Of a stretch of DNA of 63,082 bases, positions 56,501-63,082 are shown one piece after another. The stretch is from a virus, in the IMG/VR virus record IMGVR_UViG_3300045988_178671, positions 1 to 63,082 of that record, one strand, 5' to 3'. The notes beneath the pieces were generated by a model. It searched no databases, was not told the DNA's origin, and saw only the letters and a program-made list of their open reading frames with translations. Both the position numbers and the translations under genes were made by a program. Each line of letters begins with the position of its first letter. The stretch's first letter is position 1.

Positions 56501-59500
56501 TAAAGATTTGCGTCGCTATGGGGCCGAATATGCCAACGCCGGACAAATTGATAAAGAAGCCTATAAAAATGCCCGCGTATTTAATAAAAAGGGCGGCATT
56601 GGCGATGACACGGCCCGGTGGCTGGCCGACCACGGATATCTAACCGAGGCCGAAGGGCGGACCTATGAGGAGCAGGACCGTATCAACCAGCAGGCCTACG
56701 ACCTGATAGACCGCGCGTTAAACGGCGAAGTTATTTACCCCGTGGGCACGGAAAAACAGGTGCAGGACTTTGAAAACTACAAGGCCCTTGTGAATACCGT
56801 GCGCGACGTGTGGGGCGACCCGCGCGAAGCCAAAAAGACCTTAAAGGCTATTTTAGACCTGGAAGAAAAGGGCTACCGCGTGGTGGAAAAGCGCGACCTG
56901 GCGGATTTTTCCCTGCGGCTTGGGGAACTAAACCGCTTGGCCGAAAAGTTGGACCCCAAGGGCGCTACTACACAAGCCAAAGAACAGGCCTCCGCCGCCA
57001 CCTTGGATGCGGCCCGCAAGATTAAGCGCCACTTAATTACCGAACTCAACAAGCGGCAAATTGAGGGCAAAGACGGTTTAATTAAACAGTTGGAAAACGC
57101 CAAGACCTTTGAGGAAATACAAACCGCGGCCGCGGGTGCGCTGGACTTTTTGGAGGACGCCTACGACCGCACGAACGAGGGGCAGGAGGAACGCCGGCGC
57201 ACCGATTTGCCCAATACAAATTGGGACAACGTGCGCGCCGAACTGCTGCGCGCTTATACCGAATCTATCGGACACGTGGACGAAAAGATACAGCAGGCCT
57301 GGCGTGTGCAGACTATGGCCGCCAGCGGGCAACTGAAACTTTACGAAAACCTGACGGACGAAGAAGTGGCCCGCCGGCGAACCGCCGCCGAAAAGGTGTT
57401 AAAAGAAGCGGAGCCAAAATTGGAAGCCGCCCTAATGCGGGCTATGGAAAGCGTACTGCGCAAACAAGGCGGGTTGGAAAGCGACCAAGTGCGCCGCCTG
57501 GTGGCCAAGTACGCGCGCAACGCTAGCCGCCAACGCTCGCTTTGGAAAAATGAAATAGACAAACTGATAGACAAAGCACGCGAAATTCAAGAGGACAATT
57601 ATAAGCAGTATATGAACCGCAAAATCCAAGCCCTTTTGAATATGAACTTGTTTGACCGCCGGGGCAATTTCCGCCGAGCGATGACGGACCCGGCCACAAT
57701 GACCGCCTTGGAAGAATTACGGCGCGTAGCACATTTGGGGCCGCAAAGCGCCGCCGACGAATTGCAAAACCGTATGCTTGTAGATAAACCCACCAGCCCG
57801 ACGGATAGAATTATTAACGAAATGCTTTCCATACAGGCTTATGCGCGCAAGGACGTGTCCTGCCAACTGTTTAAGCAGGCTTACGAGGATATCCACGCCC
57901 TGCGCAAGGCCGGCAGAGAGGCTAAAAGTTTGGAAAAAATGATTAAAGATTACCGCACCGAACAGGACAAGAGCGAAGTGTTGGGCGCTATCAAAAAAAA
58001 TAAAAAGGCCGGCAAGTTAAAGCAGATGTACGCCAGTTGGATAGCCAACTGGGAAAGTTTCTTGGATATGGTAACGGATAAAGAAACCAAGGAAAAATAC
58101 TCTATGCTCAACCTGGAAGCCGATACCATTACCTACACTTGGCAGCGCAGAACGGAAATTATGGACGGCGTAAAGCGCATTTACGGGCTGGGCAGCAACC
58201 GCGAGGTGCAAAACAAAATGAACGCCTTGCGCAACGAAAAATATACGTTTACCAATTATGCCCTGGTGGATAAAAACACCAACCCCGGAGCCATAAAGCG
58301 AACGGGCGAAGCCTTCCCCGAGGAACTGAACAAACTGCAAATTATTACGGCCTATATCTATGCCAAGAACGATAACTTAATGGACCGCTTATTAAACCAG
58401 TACGGGGGCCAATTAAACGATATGTTTGCCCTGCTAGATAAGCAGGACAGGGCCTTGGGGGATTTTTTACAAAAAGAGGCGAAAAAAACCTACGCGCAAA
58501 TTAACAGCGTGTTTGTAAAAGAACGCGGCTACGATTTGCCCCGCGTGGAAAATTATTTCCCCAGCAAAACGGAGCGGGTGGAAAGTGAACTGGACTTTTT
58601 AAACGCGGCCGCCGCTATGAGCAAAAACCCGTCTTTTACCAAAATGCGCGTAAGCAGCGCGTTTGTGCAAATGAAGTTGGAAAACCCGTTTGGCATTTTG
58701 TTCACCCACATTGACCGTGCGGCCGATTACACCTTTAAGGCGGAAAAGTTAAACCAAATCCGCCGCGTGTTCAAAAGCCCGGTGTTAAAACCCGCGATTA
58801 TTGAGCAGGTGGGCGAGGACTGCTACAAGCGTATGCTGGAACTCATTGACCAGTTTAGCGTAACCAAGCCGCGGCTTAATTACGAAATGGACAAATTGGG
58901 CGACTGGCTGACCAACAACTATGTAAAGGGCGCGATTGCCTTAAAGCCAACGATTGCCGTAAAGCAGTTAATCTCGGCCATAAACTACGCGGAAAATATG
59001 CCGGCCACCCAATGGGTAAGCGGATTTACCAAGGCCATTATGCACCCCAAAGAAACGGTGGCCTTTATGATGGCCGGAGACCCGTATTTGAAAGCGCGGT
59101 ATGAAAGCGGCTCTATGAACGAGGCTTTGGCCCGCGCCACCGCAGATGCCAACGCCCTTACGGCCCGGGGTAAATTCCTGCGCTTTACCGACCTATTAAC
59201 AATTAATACGCGCTTAGGCGACGTGGGCGCTATTATGTTTGGCGGCAAGCCGTATGTGGACTATTTAATGCAGACCAAGGGAATGAGTAAAAAAGAAGCG
59301 TTTGCCGAGTTTAGAAAGTCCACCCTGAGAAGCCAACAGGCCAATACGAGAAGCAGTTTATCTACCTTGCAGGCGCGGGATATGAACTTTATCGTGCGCG
59401 GACTGTTTGCCTTTAAGAATACGCCCGCCCAGTACGCCCGCAAAATTGCCGACGCAATTTATGAATACCAACGTGGGGAAATTTCCCGCGCGCAACTGGC

Positions 59501-59993
59501 CAAGGTGGTGGCTATTTACGGGTTGTTTAACTCGTGGATGTACTCCGCCCTGACAACGCTGGGGCTTTTGGCCTGGTATTATGACGATGATGATGCGGAC
59601 GAAATACTGGCGGACGAACTGTTTTTTAGCCCGTTTGTGCAAATGGCCGGCTGTTTGCCCGTGCTGGATATGGCCGTGGGGACGGCCGCCCAAGTGGCCA
59701 AAGCAAAGATGTTTGACCATACAGTGCGTATGGAACGCCCGGAACTGCCGGTAGTAAGCGAACTGTTCAAAATGGGACAAATGGCCGTAAAGGACGATTT
59801 AGCCGCCGAAGATGTATTGAATATGCTAGTGGAAGGCGGGCAATTAATCGGCGGGCTTCCTACCAAATATGCCAAGGGCTTTGCCACGGGCACGGCAGAT
59901 ATTGCCAGCGGAGAAAACCCGATGCGCGGATTTCTACAAATGCTGGGCTACACCGAAAACCGCGCACAAATTGCCACCAATACCAAAAAATAA
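50574..59993 (+). CDS. Giant internal virion / ejection protein (gp16-like position), 3139 aa. Carries two HExxH zincin-like motifs and Gly-zipper membrane segments; polyvalent-protein-like.
   Basis: HEWWH at 55290-55304 and HEYFH at 55866-55880; hydrophobic GxxxG segments near the N- and C-termini; AT-rich internal block 52200-54100. Confidence 0.55.
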   Translation: MNEQEQTAKTPLTAPAPLATLEPERRSVYLPKENLIVNTSLRRAQDLQFAIETELRNKNKDNYFAYQRLDESIPDTTHRWWKTPYRAVANAGVSMWQSGERLMAGGIGAILDEYEYSKAARATSRKYAQQAEELNQGALAVPGAQTLDKRKKDLYDAYLAELHQIRQDYEHNRKLGRDALLVMSKNNAKFRELAGIEKNEKDGFLYDLFGAGGSLMAAIGLTVLTGSPAAAAIAFGATAGQQDYEEALQNGVAPDRALLSGIAGGAFEGGIELLGMEMLFKSLTKTGVLGRIAASALSEGSEEAAQQTAEEIIMQHFGGRQQDLADTLQGIGYSFVIGSLTAVPVATLVNRASKKLQDKGIKKETADKMALNMAKATATPENNAQVHKILSNATSPLVYPNGDVEQGAQAFKESVDKARNPDRETTRKMYEVAERTEQKALAAGYDTDSAALLGNLEQSRANSVLNVAGLKPGEFEMTEVDFENAPVQDNTEAVQSSVAAQREQWKREYEEQQARKAQEQATANEEFDRKLAEANLQPEDILFQSAAMYKNKANSLVEFKDFAVNNKGNKQEDNKSFYRFTNKDGVQIDVPFEWALHIKEKHHLTDQQLDVAEKELNNAEYAVLMPDVGEYQGKQVKIKVNTSLGKMGAVLEILPNGRVFLDTAFFDSDAHIDNWAKENHPNAPSKKPVFIGGGTISIADIMREIKGNKSGTFDSANPNIYLQEDITAVDLTAPFAAIAKLPADQRAQQVESFLNALIGPAMDTATPPLQIQITADNKVHIKNSNVKLKNGKLKRHQTALTTLEKIVNVAQKTDRKGAVDVSHNTSKKTLAHKANVEEYVYFQAPVKIGEDTFLVELATERVKGQDKNLLDLYNVHVKRNPATAHLSTYGQGSSTDRITNNEEFVKAQESGKTNIYLKEDIENVRPSTADIFGPDAQTAERFKENVKTVLSDENISNKQQVEMGQLPPLYTELGLPQQELKTNKLALRKALGLLTPQELAEHKDWHNHNVPQETIDNLPALLSDPVAVLRSNTKNGSFVAVLDSEVQGKPVVAIVSPNLRKGGYTFIPSVYERNNYETFLKTTAEKGNVLYWDKNRMSLPGALTRAAIIGNDILIDNITTKEDVVKAQESGKTNNPSELLQENLFNIQQNLFDKQQSLFDTQVNVEERTALTQEDSELKETADGLFSEEELKQDLPPFTPTGKPERIEDFGEKILGARKDMWGKYRAAMTSELPADVRSITLSQYFPEPNYEAAIAKGITTEQLAIVKALRDSLPVKPQRPARAAQWVEGLKAARETANQVLQHSEMVNLFKETDQTDAIHNRVAFYLELGYPAFTKAKEYSLRPGNFLMFNGQRFNEPQKIYLLERGYKRVAGSQNRAEMVALARKMLAQSAAPAKAPTKLDVYQRRDTGEIIIGKKIATGKFIDLKGGFERVKDAFDFLTKNQAHLEALLAEKRKIYPVRRDTNAPRVGKEYRPAGTVITPERFSQEFGFRGVQFGNWVEQERRAQDLNNAYDALLDMADIIRIPARAVSLDGTLGLAFGARGKANELAHYERDQVVINLNKKNGAGSLGHEWWHALDNYFSRQDGQNEMTSENPKANSALRPEMKEAYQGVLKAITDTFYSRSVNLDKLRSKPYWSTRTEMTARAFESYLIYKAKQEGHSNDYLANIVNPEAYLGGKERFPYPTDTEMPAIAAAFDRFFNTLKTAETPRGYTLYAESEGDTSFDFGQNVAQPDFLGKVVFAQDSNRAIIVASTSANKSTAIHEYFHIWERDLYRAEKASTDPAFLQLMQNLRQIHADSAPFVMEYLGKTKLLNDTARARVLQTIKERGGNEYIKRLAFSDVLDENDTTAQFVRRGFRENFATKAEKYFQNGKAPNATYKNLFEKFAAWLREIYGSLTGVELSPEVQEFFDKLLAKEARRVDSKLFTGKVDKLKQQINNIRQGSPRGDFTLEQIKDLVNTLDAPAPKLPTNHLLKDLRRYGAEYANAGQIDKEAYKNARVFNKKGGIGDDTARWLADHGYLTEAEGRTYEEQDRINQQAYDLIDRALNGEVIYPVGTEKQVQDFENYKALVNTVRDVWGDPREAKKTLKAILDLEEKGYRVVEKRDLADFSLRLGELNRLAEKLDPKGATTQAKEQASAATLDAARKIKRHLITELNKRQIEGKDGLIKQLENAKTFEEIQTAAAGALDFLEDAYDRTNEGQEERRRTDLPNTNWDNVRAELLRAYTESIGHVDEKIQQAWRVQTMAASGQLKLYENLTDEEVARRRTAAEKVLKEAEPKLEAALMRAMESVLRKQGGLESDQVRRLVAKYARNASRQRSLWKNEIDKLIDKAREIQEDNYKQYMNRKIQALLNMNLFDRRGNFRRAMTDPATMTALEELRRVAHLGPQSAADELQNRMLVDKPTSPTDRIINEMLSIQAYARKDVSCQLFKQAYEDIHALRKAGREAKSLEKMIKDYRTEQDKSEVLGAIKKNKKAGKLKQMYASWIANWESFLDMVTDKETKEKYSMLNLEADTITYTWQRRTEIMDGVKRIYGLGSNREVQNKMNALRNEKYTFTNYALVDKNTNPGAIKRTGEAFPEELNKLQIITAYIYAKNDNLMDRLLNQYGGQLNDMFALLDKQDRALGDFLQKEAKKTYAQINSVFVKERGYDLPRVENYFPSKTERVESELDFLNAAAAMSKNPSFTKMRVSSAFVQMKLENPFGILFTHIDRAADYTFKAEKLNQIRRVFKSPVLKPAIIEQVGEDCYKRMLELIDQFSVTKPRLNYEMDKLGDWLTNNYVKGAIALKPTIAVKQLISAINYAENMPATQWVSGFTKAIMHPKETVAFMMAGDPYLKARYESGSMNEALARATADANALTARGKFLRFTDLLTINTRLGDVGAIMFGGKPYVDYLMQTKGMSKKEAFAEFRKSTLRSQQANTRSSLSTLQARDMNFIVRGLFAFKNTPAQYARKIADAIYEYQRGEISRAQLAKVVAIYGLFNSWMYSALTTLGLLAWYYDDDDADEILADELFFSPFVQMAGCLPVLDMAVGTAAQVAKAKMFDHTVRMERPELPVVSELFKMGQMAVKDDLAAEDVLNMLVEGGQLIGGLPTKYAKGFATGTADIASGENPMRGFLQMLGYTENRAQIATNTKK

Positions 59994-60004
59994 GGAGCAA
60001 GGAA

Positions 60005-61138
60005 ATGACCGTATCTAATACCACTACAAAAATAACTTACGTTGGGGACGGAAAAAACCGCACATTTGGGATTCCTTTCCCCATTCTATCCGCCGCGGAT
60101 CTGCGGGTGGTGATAACCGACAGCGAGGGCGTGGAAACCAGTGCAGACGGGCAGTTTACCGTTAATATGGCCCAAAAGCAACTGACGTACCCAACGGTAG
60201 GGAGCCGTGTGCCTACGCTGTCCAAAGACTGCAAAATTACCATTTTGCGCCAAACGCCGCTTACGCAAGACATAGACCTGCAAAGCGGCCACGCATTGGA
60301 CGCCGAAGAACTGGAACGGGGGTTTGACAAACTAACGTATGTATTGCAGGAACTAAGCGAAAAGATGTCCCGCGCGCTGACCTATAAGGTGAGTGAAACA
60401 AACGAACATACAGCCGAGGAGTATTTGAGCAAAATTGCCGCTTCTCTGCAAGCGGCCGCCGGCGCAGCCCAGCAGGCGGCAACCGCGGCTACGCAAGCCA
60501 AAAATGCCGCGCAGGAGGTTTCTTCGTCCGTAAATGAACACAATGCCAGCCAAACAGCACATAATGATTTGCGCAACCTTATTGCCAAGAAGCAAAACAT
60601 CTTAACAGCCGGACCGGGCGTAGATATTACGGACGATATAATTTCCATAACGGGCGCCGGTGGCGGAAACGGTGGAACGGGCATAACGGTAGATAGCACC
60701 CTGGACAGCGAGAGCACCAACCCAGTGCAAAACAAAGTGATTAAAGCCGCCCTGGACGGCAAACAAAAAACCTTAATTCCTGGGCCAAATGTGAGTATTG
60801 CGGCCGACGGAACAATTAATTTTACGGGAGACACGGGAAGCGGAAGCAGCACTGGACTAACCGGGCTAGTGGTATATAACGAGCGAGGTTATAGCAAGGC
60901 AGCCCGAACAGGCAACTTCCGCACCAATATCGGCACCCGGGAATATAAGTTTATCACGTTGGAACTGTGCAACGCAGACGGCACTGTATGGTGCACTCCT
61001 CTGCACTCCGCGGTTGGATACGGGAACAGAAGCGGAAACTTTGCCACCGTTTACTATGCAATTTCTGCCAGCGAATTTGAGGGCAATACGATTTTGGCTG
61101 ACGACACTTACGGGATTAAAATTACCCTCTGGTACTAG
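60005..61138 (+). CDS. Tail fibre protein with a T7 gp17-like N-terminal anchor domain, 377 aa
   Basis: N-terminal TKITYVGDGKNRTFGIPFPIL parallels the gp17 segment LTYQLDGSNRDFNIPFEYL; C-terminal beta domain. Confidence 0.55.
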   Translation: MTVSNTTTKITYVGDGKNRTFGIPFPILSAADLRVVITDSEGVETSADGQFTVNMAQKQLTYPTVGSRVPTLSKDCKITILRQTPLTQDIDLQSGHALDAEELERGFDKLTYVLQELSEKMSRALTYKVSETNEHTAEEYLSKIAASLQAAAGAAQQAATAATQAKNAAQEVSSSVNEHNASQTAHNDLRNLIAKKQNILTAGPGVDITDDIISITGAGGGNGGTGITVDSTLDSESTNPVQNKVIKAALDGKQKTLIPGPNVSIAADGTINFTGDTGSGSSTGLTGLVVYNERGYSKAARTGNFRTNIGTREYKFITLELCNADGTVWCTPLHSAVGYGNRSGNFATVYYAISASEFEGNTILADDTYGIKITLWY

Positions 61139-61147
61139 GAGCCAAAA

Positions 61148-61768
61148 ATGACCGTAGCGAATACAACCACCAAATTACAATACAAGGGCAACGGCGAAAA
61201 CCGCATGTTTGGGATCACGTTTCCGTTGGCGGACGGCAGCCACCTGCGCCTATTTCTAACCACCCCACAAGGAGTGGAAAGCGAAATTACAAAAAATTTT
61301 GCATTTAGCGATACATTGGACAGTGTTACTTATCCGACCTTGGAAAGTGGCATGGAAGCGTTGGCGGACGGATATACGCTGACGCTTTTGCGTCAAACTC
61401 CCCCCACGCAAGAACTTGATTTGCAAAGCGGCCACGCGTTGGATGCCGAAGAACTGGAACGGGGTTTTGACAAATTGACGTGTTTGGTCCAGGAAGCGCA
61501 AGAGCAAATGGCCCGCGCCATTTGTTACCCCGTGAGCGCTGAGGAAAAACCCAGTGCAGAAGGCTTTTTAGAGCAGTTAAACGAACTGAAAGACACGGCT
61601 CAAAAAGCGCAGGCAGAGGCCCAAAAGGCTTTATCCCAAGCCTCCGACTTGAAAGACGAGACCTTGCAAATTGCGCGGTGCGCACGCAATATAGCCGGTG
61701 CGGATGAAGATGTGCCGGTGGATATTGCTATTTTGTTAGACGAGATAAAAGAAACACAGGAGAACTAA
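61148..61768 (+). CDS. Second tail fibre/spike protein sharing the gp17-like N-terminal anchor, 206 aa
   Basis: The first ~110 aa are about 60% identical to the preceding fibre (QSGHALDAEELERGFDKLT shared). Confidence 0.5.
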   Translation: MTVANTTTKLQYKGNGENRMFGITFPLADGSHLRLFLTTPQGVESEITKNFAFSDTLDSVTYPTLESGMEALADGYTLTLLRQTPPTQELDLQSGHALDAEELERGFDKLTCLVQEAQEQMARAICYPVSAEEKPSAEGFLEQLNELKDTAQKAQAEAQKALSQASDLKDETLQIARCARNIAGADEDVPVDIAILLDEIKETQEN

Positions 61769-61771
61769 ATT

Positions 61772-62197
61772 ATGGCAGACGAAACGACTATCTATTCTGC
61801 GAAACATTGGGCGGCCAAGGCGGCTAAAAGCGCTACGGCAGCGGCAGGCAGCAAGGAGGATGTTGCGGCCAACGCTACTGCGGCGGCCACCAGCGCCCAA
61901 ACGGCAAGCGAAAAAGCTGAGGATGCGGCCAGTTCCGCCACCAGCGCGGCGGCGAGTGCGACGGCCGCGGCTGGAAAGGCTACGCAAGCGGCTACTTCGG
62001 CCACCAATGCAGGGCAAAGTGAAACGGCAGCGGCCGCATCGGCTACGAATGCGGCGAACAGTGCCACGGCGGCGTCTAGCAGTGCAACTTCCGCCCAAAC
62101 GGCCCAAACCAAGGCACAGGCTTTGGCCGAATTGTGTAAACAACTGGCCAATGCGCCGGAAGACCAAGCGGTGGATGTTTCCGTGCTGAACAGTTAG
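61772..62197 (+). CDS. Ala/Ser/Thr-rich fibre-associated protein, 141 aa
   Basis: N-terminus IYSAKHWAAKAAKSA is shared with the next ORF and with the phage A fibre; low-complexity ATSA repeats as in side tail fibres. Confidence 0.4.
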   Translation: MADETTIYSAKHWAAKAAKSATAAAGSKEDVAANATAAATSAQTASEKAEDAASSATSAAASATAAAGKATQAATSATNAGQSETAAAASATNAANSATAASSSATSAQTAQTKAQALAELCKQLANAPEDQAVDVSVLNS

Positions 62198-62206
62198 GAG
62201 GGCATT

Positions 62207-63082
62207 ATGAGCGAAGAACAAGTTTATTCTGCCCGGCATTGGGCCGCCAAAGCGGCGGCCAGCGCGCAGGACGCGGCGCAAAGCGCGCAAAATTCCAGTG
62301 GACTTGCTATCGGGCAGTTAGTGTGGAGCCAGTCCTCATTAGCCAAAGACAACCCCGGCTGTTTGCCGCTTTGGACGGGCGAGTATTATCCTAACGCCTC
62401 CACGCTGTACCCCGATTTTTACGCGTGGGTCAAAAGTCACCCTGAACTATGCAAAACCAAGGCAGTTTATGACGAACTGGTAAACACGGCACAGGGGTGT
62501 CTGTTCTATGTGGTGGACGAGGTGGAGGGCTCCTTGCGTTTGCCCAAGTATAAGTTGGGTGGGCGCGTCTTGGTGGATAGCAAACAACCCACAGCAACAT
62601 CCCCTTCTTGGTATAACTTGTATTCTGACGGCTGGCTTGAACAGGGAGCCAGATATGAAACCAACGTAAATATTGAAAATATCACGTTCTTTAAGCCGTT
62701 TGCGAGTGTTCCGTTAGTTTTAACCAGCGTGCAATCAACAAGCAGAACAAGTTATAACGACTTTGGGATTGATGTTTACAATCTAACTACTACTGGTTTT
62801 ACAAAGCAGGATTTGCGTGCTGTTGGTATGGGATGGGGCTGGGAAGCCAAAGGTTATGCCGCGGGTACTCCTATGGGAAATATCAAGTATCCGTGGGTCT
62901 GCGCCTATAACGCCGCTATTCCAGCAAGCACTGCCCAAGCGGCAGAGTTTACAGGGGCGCTTGCCGGCAAAGCCAATATGGATTTGTCTAACGTGCCGAA
63001 TGCTTCCAAATCGGCGTTACTGGATTTATTGGCTAAGGATACTGCCACTTGGGCGACCTTGGTAAACGCTACTGATTTTGTG
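62207..63082 (+). CDS. Tail fibre / receptor-binding protein of phage B. Partial: runs off the right edge (292 codons seen). Homologous to the left-edge fibre.
   Basis: ATG at 62207 with a GGAGGG RBS; open to the window end; N-terminal region and C-terminal 40 aa match the 1-1173 ORF. Confidence 0.6.
   Translation, partial: MSEEQVYSARHWAAKAAASAQDAAQSAQNSSGLAIGQLVWSQSSLAKDNPGCLPLWTGEYYPNASTLYPDFYAWVKSHPELCKTKAVYDELVNTAQGCLFYVVDEVEGSLRLPKYKLGGRVLVDSKQPTATSPSWYNLYSDGWLEQGARYETNVNIENITFFKPFASVPLVLTSVQSTSRTSYNDFGIDVYNLTTTGFTKQDLRAVGMGWGWEAKGYAAGTPMGNIKYPWVCAYNAAIPASTAQAAEFTGALAGKANMDLSNVPNASKSALLDLLAKDTATWATLVNATDFV

Noticed and set aside
50719-58340. Numerous 60-170-aa ORFs on both strands inside the giant gene
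   Set aside because: They lie fully inside the continuous 3139-codon frame and are alternative-frame or antisense artefacts
1-63082. A Mu G-segment or P1 C-segment style invertible tail-fibre switch
   Set aside because: No serine invertase (Gin/Cin-type) gene is present. The inverted homologous fibre segments are 62 kb apart and belong to two different structural modules. Homologous recombination or an assembly break is more plausible.

Overview
The whole 63,082-bp window is phage-derived; I see no tRNA, rRNA, CRISPR array or clear host housekeeping gene. It reads as two different temperate phage genomes lying back to back, with their structural modules pointing outward.

Phage A (about 1-27,050) is a siphovirus of HK97 type. 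On the minus strand it encodes a receptor-binding fibre, a Tal-like protein, tape measure protein, a tail chaperone with a probable -1 frameshift, major tail protein, connector proteins, HK97-like capsid, prohead protease, a portal-MuF fusion, and large and small terminase subunits. A sigma70-like late promoter and terminator sit directly in front of the small terminase gene. Next on the minus strand come a RelE/ParE-family killer/antidote pair and a four-gene repressor operon. That operon holds a CI-like HTH plus S24-peptidase repressor, a translationally coupled membrane protein and two small ORFs, and ends in its own terminator. A divergent rightward early operon follows, with a palindromic operator over its promoter. 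It encodes an Xis/Cro-like HTH protein, an SMC/SbcC-like ATPase, a YqaJ-like exonuclease with RecT, a VRR-NUC nuclease, a replisome organiser carrying 11-bp-phased iterons, a DnaC-like loader, a Lar-family protein, an ASCH protein and a tyrosine integrase.

Phage B (about 27,060-63,082) opens with a second, convergent integrase. Behind it on the minus strand is an operon of a small HTH/coiled-coil repressor and an outer-membrane lipoprotein. Its rightward early region holds a KilA-N-like protein, a HAD phosphatase, a Cys-rich peptide and a MazG-like protein in a coupled trio. Many small zinc-ribbon ORFs, a second Lar gene and a replication initiator with palindromic iterons and an AT-rich element follow. 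Then come a Zn-ribbon protein and a second killer/antidote pair, then a terminator and a late promoter. The structural module is T7-like in order: small and large terminase, gp8-like portal, scaffold, capsid, gp11/gp12-like tail tube proteins, and gp13/14/15-like internal proteins. It also encodes a 3,139-aa gp16-like giant protein with two HExxH motifs, two gp17-like fibres that share an N-terminal anchor, and further fibre proteins.

The two window edges are inverted repeats of each other. The terminal 119 nt are identical in inverse orientation, and both lie inside homologous, mosaic tail-fibre genes.
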